Shown here: piece by piece, positions 60,590 through 64,000 of the stretch
Layout: every line of letters begins with the position of its first letter
Numbering within the stretch: the first letter of the stretch is position 1
Source: a bacterium
Lineage (GTDB): Bacteria; RBG-13-61-14; DATKZS01
Reading direction: 5' to 3'
DNA: 64,000 bases
Assembly (NCBI GenBank): GCA_963674965.2
Contig: CAXXFL010000007.1
Location: 32,001 to 96,000 of the forward strand
Program-made: the position numbers and the translations under genes
The notes under the pieces: model-generated
Told to the model about the DNA's origin: nothing
The model's database searches: none
Seen by the model: only the letters and a program-made list of their open reading frames with translations

Positions 60590-61236
60590 GGGCGCAATAA
60601 CCGATGGAATAATACGGCATAAACTCATTTTTTAATATCGGCATTTTCAATATCATATCCAGGAAATTCAAACCTCGAATCATACCGGCTTGTCGCGGGA
60701 CGCCACCGCCGAAAAATCCTCCCGTCCTTACAAGAGGCTTTGGCCGGAATCCTTATATCTTTCAAACATCTGAAATCATAATGAATTTATCGCGTCTTTG
60801 TCTCGGGGCCGATAAGGCTTGAACCCTTATTAACGAATAAGGCTCGAGCGAGCGGCCACGGCGCCCAAATTGCACTTTCGCTGATACCAGATATGAAATT
60901 GGACCTGGAGAAATAACAATAAGAACGATTATTAACAACGGACCGTTTACCTGACGCTTCAGTTTATGACGTTCTACTGACAATGGTCTGAAATCGAAAT
61001 CCGACGGGAGGAGGAGCGCATAAAATATACGCGTTGAAAACCGACTAATATACCTAAATTAATATTCTTCATGACCTTGTCCTAATAACTTTTTTAATAT
61101 GCACCGTAAGGTCCCGGGAGCGCCGTTCGCGGCGGAGTTTCGAAGCTCCCAGGTCATCTTTTTACTTCAACCGTTATTCGGGACAAAAGCCCCGATATAA
61201 ATACGCGGCAATCAAATCCATGGGAGGCAACGAGTA

Positions 61237-64000
61237 ATGAAGAACATGAAATTGGGGACCAAGCTCCTGGTATTTTTCCTTTCAGTCGGCATCCTGCCCT
61301 TCGCCGTCATCGGCGGCATATCCTTGACCAAGTCCAGCGGGGCCCTTTCCGACCAGACCTTCAGCCAGCTTCAGGCCCTGAGGGAAATCAAAAAAGATCG
61401 GATCGAGAGCTTCTTCGCCGAGCGGCAGGGAGACCTGTCCGTGCTGGTGGAGACGGTGGACGCGCTGAGAAGCGAGTCCTCGAGCAAACTCGAGGCGGTC
61501 CGACAGATCAAGAAGAACCAGATCGAGGACTACTTCGCGAAAATGGAAGGCCAGCTCCACGTCATCAAGGACAACCCATTTATTGTGGAGAGGCTACTCG
61601 AGTTCGACGGCGCCTTCATGCAGGCGGGAGACAATATCGATTCCCCGGCCTGGCGTGAACTGGCGGAAAAGCACGACAAGTTTTTCAAGGACGTCTGCGG
61701 GGACTACGGCTGGAGCGACCTTCTCCTCATGTGCCCGGAGGGAAGCGTTGTATATACCGCCGCCAAGAAATCCGACCTGGGCCTGTTCCTGGACCAGGAA
61801 CCGCTGAAAAGCTCTCCCGTCGGCCTGGCCTTCCAAAAGCTTCAGACGAACCCGGACCTGGAGGTGGCCATAGGCGACTTCGCGCCTTACGCGCCCTCCA
61901 ACGACGAGCCCTCCGCCTTTATGGTCGCCAGGATCAAAAACCGGGACGGCGAGGTCACAGGGCACGTGGGCTTCCAGATATCACTGGCCAAGATCAACGA
62001 GATCATGAACGAAAGGGCCGGCATGGGAAAGACCGGCGAGGCCTATCTCGTGGGATCGGACGGGCTTATGCGCTCGGACTCGTATCTAGACCCCGACCGT
62101 CACTCGGTCAAGGCCTCCTTTGCCGACCCGGAAAAGAGAAGCGTAGAAACCATGGCAAGCGAGGCCGCCCTGGCCCAGGAGACGGGCCTTAAAGTCATTA
62201 AGGATTATAACGGCAACTACGTGCTCTCCGCCTACGCTCCGATCGACGTCCCGGGACTCGACTGGGCCATCTTGGCCGAGATCGACGTGGCCGAGGCCTT
62301 CTCTCCCGTTGATGAGGACGGCAAGGAGTTCTATAAAAAGTACGCCGATTTTTACGGATATCATGACCTGTTCCTCATAAATCCAGACGGCTACGCCTTC
62401 TACACCGCGGCCAGGGAGTCCGACTACAAAACCAACTTTTTGTCCGGCAAATACTCGGACTCCAATCTGGGCCAACTGGTCGCCAAGACGACAAAGACCA
62501 AACAATTCGGCATGGCCGACTTCGCTCCCTACGCCCCTAGTGGAAACGAGCCCTGCGCCTTTATCGCCCAGCCCGTGGTCCACGACGGCCAGGTCGAGAT
62601 GGTGATCGCTCTTCAGCTATCTCTCGATTCCATCAATGAGGTAATGCAGCAGCGGGAGGGCATGGGCGAGACGGGCGAGACCTACCTGGTGGGAAGCGAC
62701 AAGCTGATGCGGTCCGATTCCTATCTCGATCCCACCCACCACTCGGTCAAGGCCTCCTTTTCCGACCCCTCCAGGGGCTCGGTGGACACTCTCGCGGCAA
62801 GGGAGGCACTCGCGGGCAAGACTGGCCGGCAAATCATCGAGGACTACAACGGCAACCACGTTCTCTCGGCCTACGCCCCTGTAAACGTGGCGGGCCATAC
62901 ATGGGCGCTGATAGCGGAGATCGACGAGGACGAGGCCTTCGCCGCCGTCTCCGACATCGAATGGTCCATGGGCATAGTCGCCCTTCTTGGCATCGCGGGA
63001 ATAGTGATCGTGGCGCTCCTTATCTCCAGGTCGATTACCAAACCCATCAACAGGGTAATCGATGGACTCAACGAGGGCGCCGACCAGGTGGCGGCGGCGG
63101 CGGGCCAGGTGTCGTCCGCCAGCCAGTCCCTGGCCCAGGGATCGTCCGAGCAGGCCGCGTCCCTCGAGGAAACCGGCTCCTCCCTCGAGGAAATGTCGTC
63201 CATGACCAAGCAAAACGCCGACAACGCGACCCAGGCCGACTATATGATGAAAGAGTCCAGCCAGATCGTGGCCAGGGCCAACCAGGCGGTTTCCACCTTG
63301 ACCGGCTCCATGAACGAGATCACCAGGGCCAGTGAGGAAACCTCGAAAATCATCAAGACCATAGATGAAATAGCCTTCCAGACCAACCTCCTGGCCCTTA
63401 ACGCGGCGGTCGAGGCCGCCAGGGCCGGAGAGGCGGGGGCCGGCTTCGCCGTGGTGGCCGACGAGGTCAGGAACCTGGCCATGCGGGCCGCCGGGGCCGC
63501 CAAGAGCACGGCCGACTTGATCGAGGGCACGGTCAAAAAAGTCAAGGACGGGTCCGAGGTGGTGAAAAAATTAAACGACGCCTTCGGCGAGGTAACGGCG
63601 AGCTCGTCCAAGGCGGCCGAGCTGGTGGCGGAAATCGCCGCCGCCTCCACCGAGCAGGCCAACGGCATCGAGGAAATAAACACGGCCGTGGTGGAGATGG
63701 ACAAGGTGACGCAGCAAAACGCGGCCAACGCCGAGGAGTCGGCCTCAGCCTCCGAGGAGATGAACGCCCAGGCCGAGCAGATGAAAGTCTTCGTCGGCGA
63801 ACTGGTGACCCTGGTGGGAGCGGCCAAAAACGGACACGGAAAGACTCAAAAGGCTATTGCCAGGGAAATGAGCCGCCTGGGACCCGGGCCCGTCTCCACC
63901 CAAAAAGGATATGGCGGCAAGGGCAACGGAAAAGGAAACGGAAAAAGTCACCCCCAATCGGCGGTCGATCCCTCCGAGTTGATCCCCCTGGACGACTCGG
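61237..64000 (+). CDS. Methyl-accepting chemotaxis protein with two dCache-type modules (3' end beyond the window; absent from ORF track)
   Basis: Open frame from ATG 61237 (GGGAGG SD); TM1, ~545-aa periplasmic region, TM2, [23 protein letters not shown] signalling tip. Confidence 0.93.
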   Translation, partial: MKNMKLGTKLLVFFLSVGILPFAVIGGISLTKSSGALSDQTFSQLQALREIKKDRIESFFAERQGDLSVLVETVDALRSESSSKLEAVRQIKKNQIEDYFAKMEGQLHVIKDNPFIVERLLEFDGAFMQAGDNIDSPAWRELAEKHDKFFKDVCGDYGWSDLLLMCPEGSVVYTAAKKSDLGLFLDQEPLKSSPVGLAFQKLQTNPDLEVAIGDFAPYAPSNDEPSAFMVARIKNRDGEVTGHVGFQISLAKINEIMNERAGMGKTGEAYLVGSDGLMRSDSYLDPDRHSVKASFADPEKRSVETMASEAALAQETGLKVIKDYNGNYVLSAYAPIDVPGLDWAILAEIDVAEAFSPVDEDGKEFYKKYADFYGYHDLFLINPDGYAFYTAARESDYKTNFLSGKYSDSNLGQLVAKTTKTKQFGMADFAPYAPSGNEPCAFIAQPVVHDGQVEMVIALQLSLDSINEVMQQREGMGETGETYLVGSDKLMRSDSYLDPTHHSVKASFSDPSRGSVDTLAAREALAGKTGRQIIEDYNGNHVLSAYAPVNVAGHTWALIAEIDEDEAFAAVSDIEWSMGIVALLGIAGIVIVALLISRSITKPINRVIDGLNEGADQVAAAAGQVSSASQSLAQGSSEQAASLEETGSSLEEMSSMTKQNADNATQADYMMKESSQIVARANQAVSTLTGSMNEITRASEETSKIIKTIDEIAFQTNLLALNAAVEAARAGEAGAGFAVVADEVRNLAMRAAGAAKSTADLIEGTVKKVKDGSEVVKKLNDAFGEVTASSSKAAELVAEIAAASTEQANGIEEINTAVVEMDKVTQQNAANAEESASASEEMNAQAEQMKVFVGELVTLVGAAKNGHGKTQKAIAREMSRLGPGPVSTQKGYGGKGNGKGNGKSHPQSAVDPSELIPLDDS

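Noticed and set aside
60762-60983. 73-aa minus-strand ORF
   Set aside because: Atypical AT-rich composition, no recognisable motif, lies in the chemoreceptor promoter region.

Overview
GC-rich bacterial chromosome segment, deltaproteobacteria-like (Desulfobacterota/Myxococcota-type proteins; taxonomy inferred from protein character only). The core (18.2-51.6 kb, all minus strand) is the translation/transcription supercluster: tRNA-Thr/Tyr/Gly/Thr, tuf, rpmG, tRNA-Trp, secE, nusG, rplKAJL, rpoBC, rpsLG, fusA, tuf, then the S10-spc-alpha genes through rplQ. Two anomalies stand out there: rplC (L3) is missing between rpsJ and rplD, and both apparently identical EF-Tu copies carry a rewritten, 5-residue-longer switch I loop. 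The left flank encodes signalling and membrane proteins (Ser/Thr kinase-TPR, REC-DUF4388-J-like-TPR, B-box membrane TPR protein, GT-C, amidohydrolases, dodecin, CPBP protease) and holds two copies of a 186-bp MITE that encloses an inverted REP pair. The right flank has rlmB, two exported SRPBCC proteins, a GT-C/polyprenol-phosphate-mannose synthase pair, a candidate ECF-sigma-driven ~75-nt sRNA, an AlkP-family + cysC pair with an apparent C-terminal tail swap, and a chemoreceptor with two dCache modules (truncated by the window edge). All calls are by eye from sequence; no searches were run.
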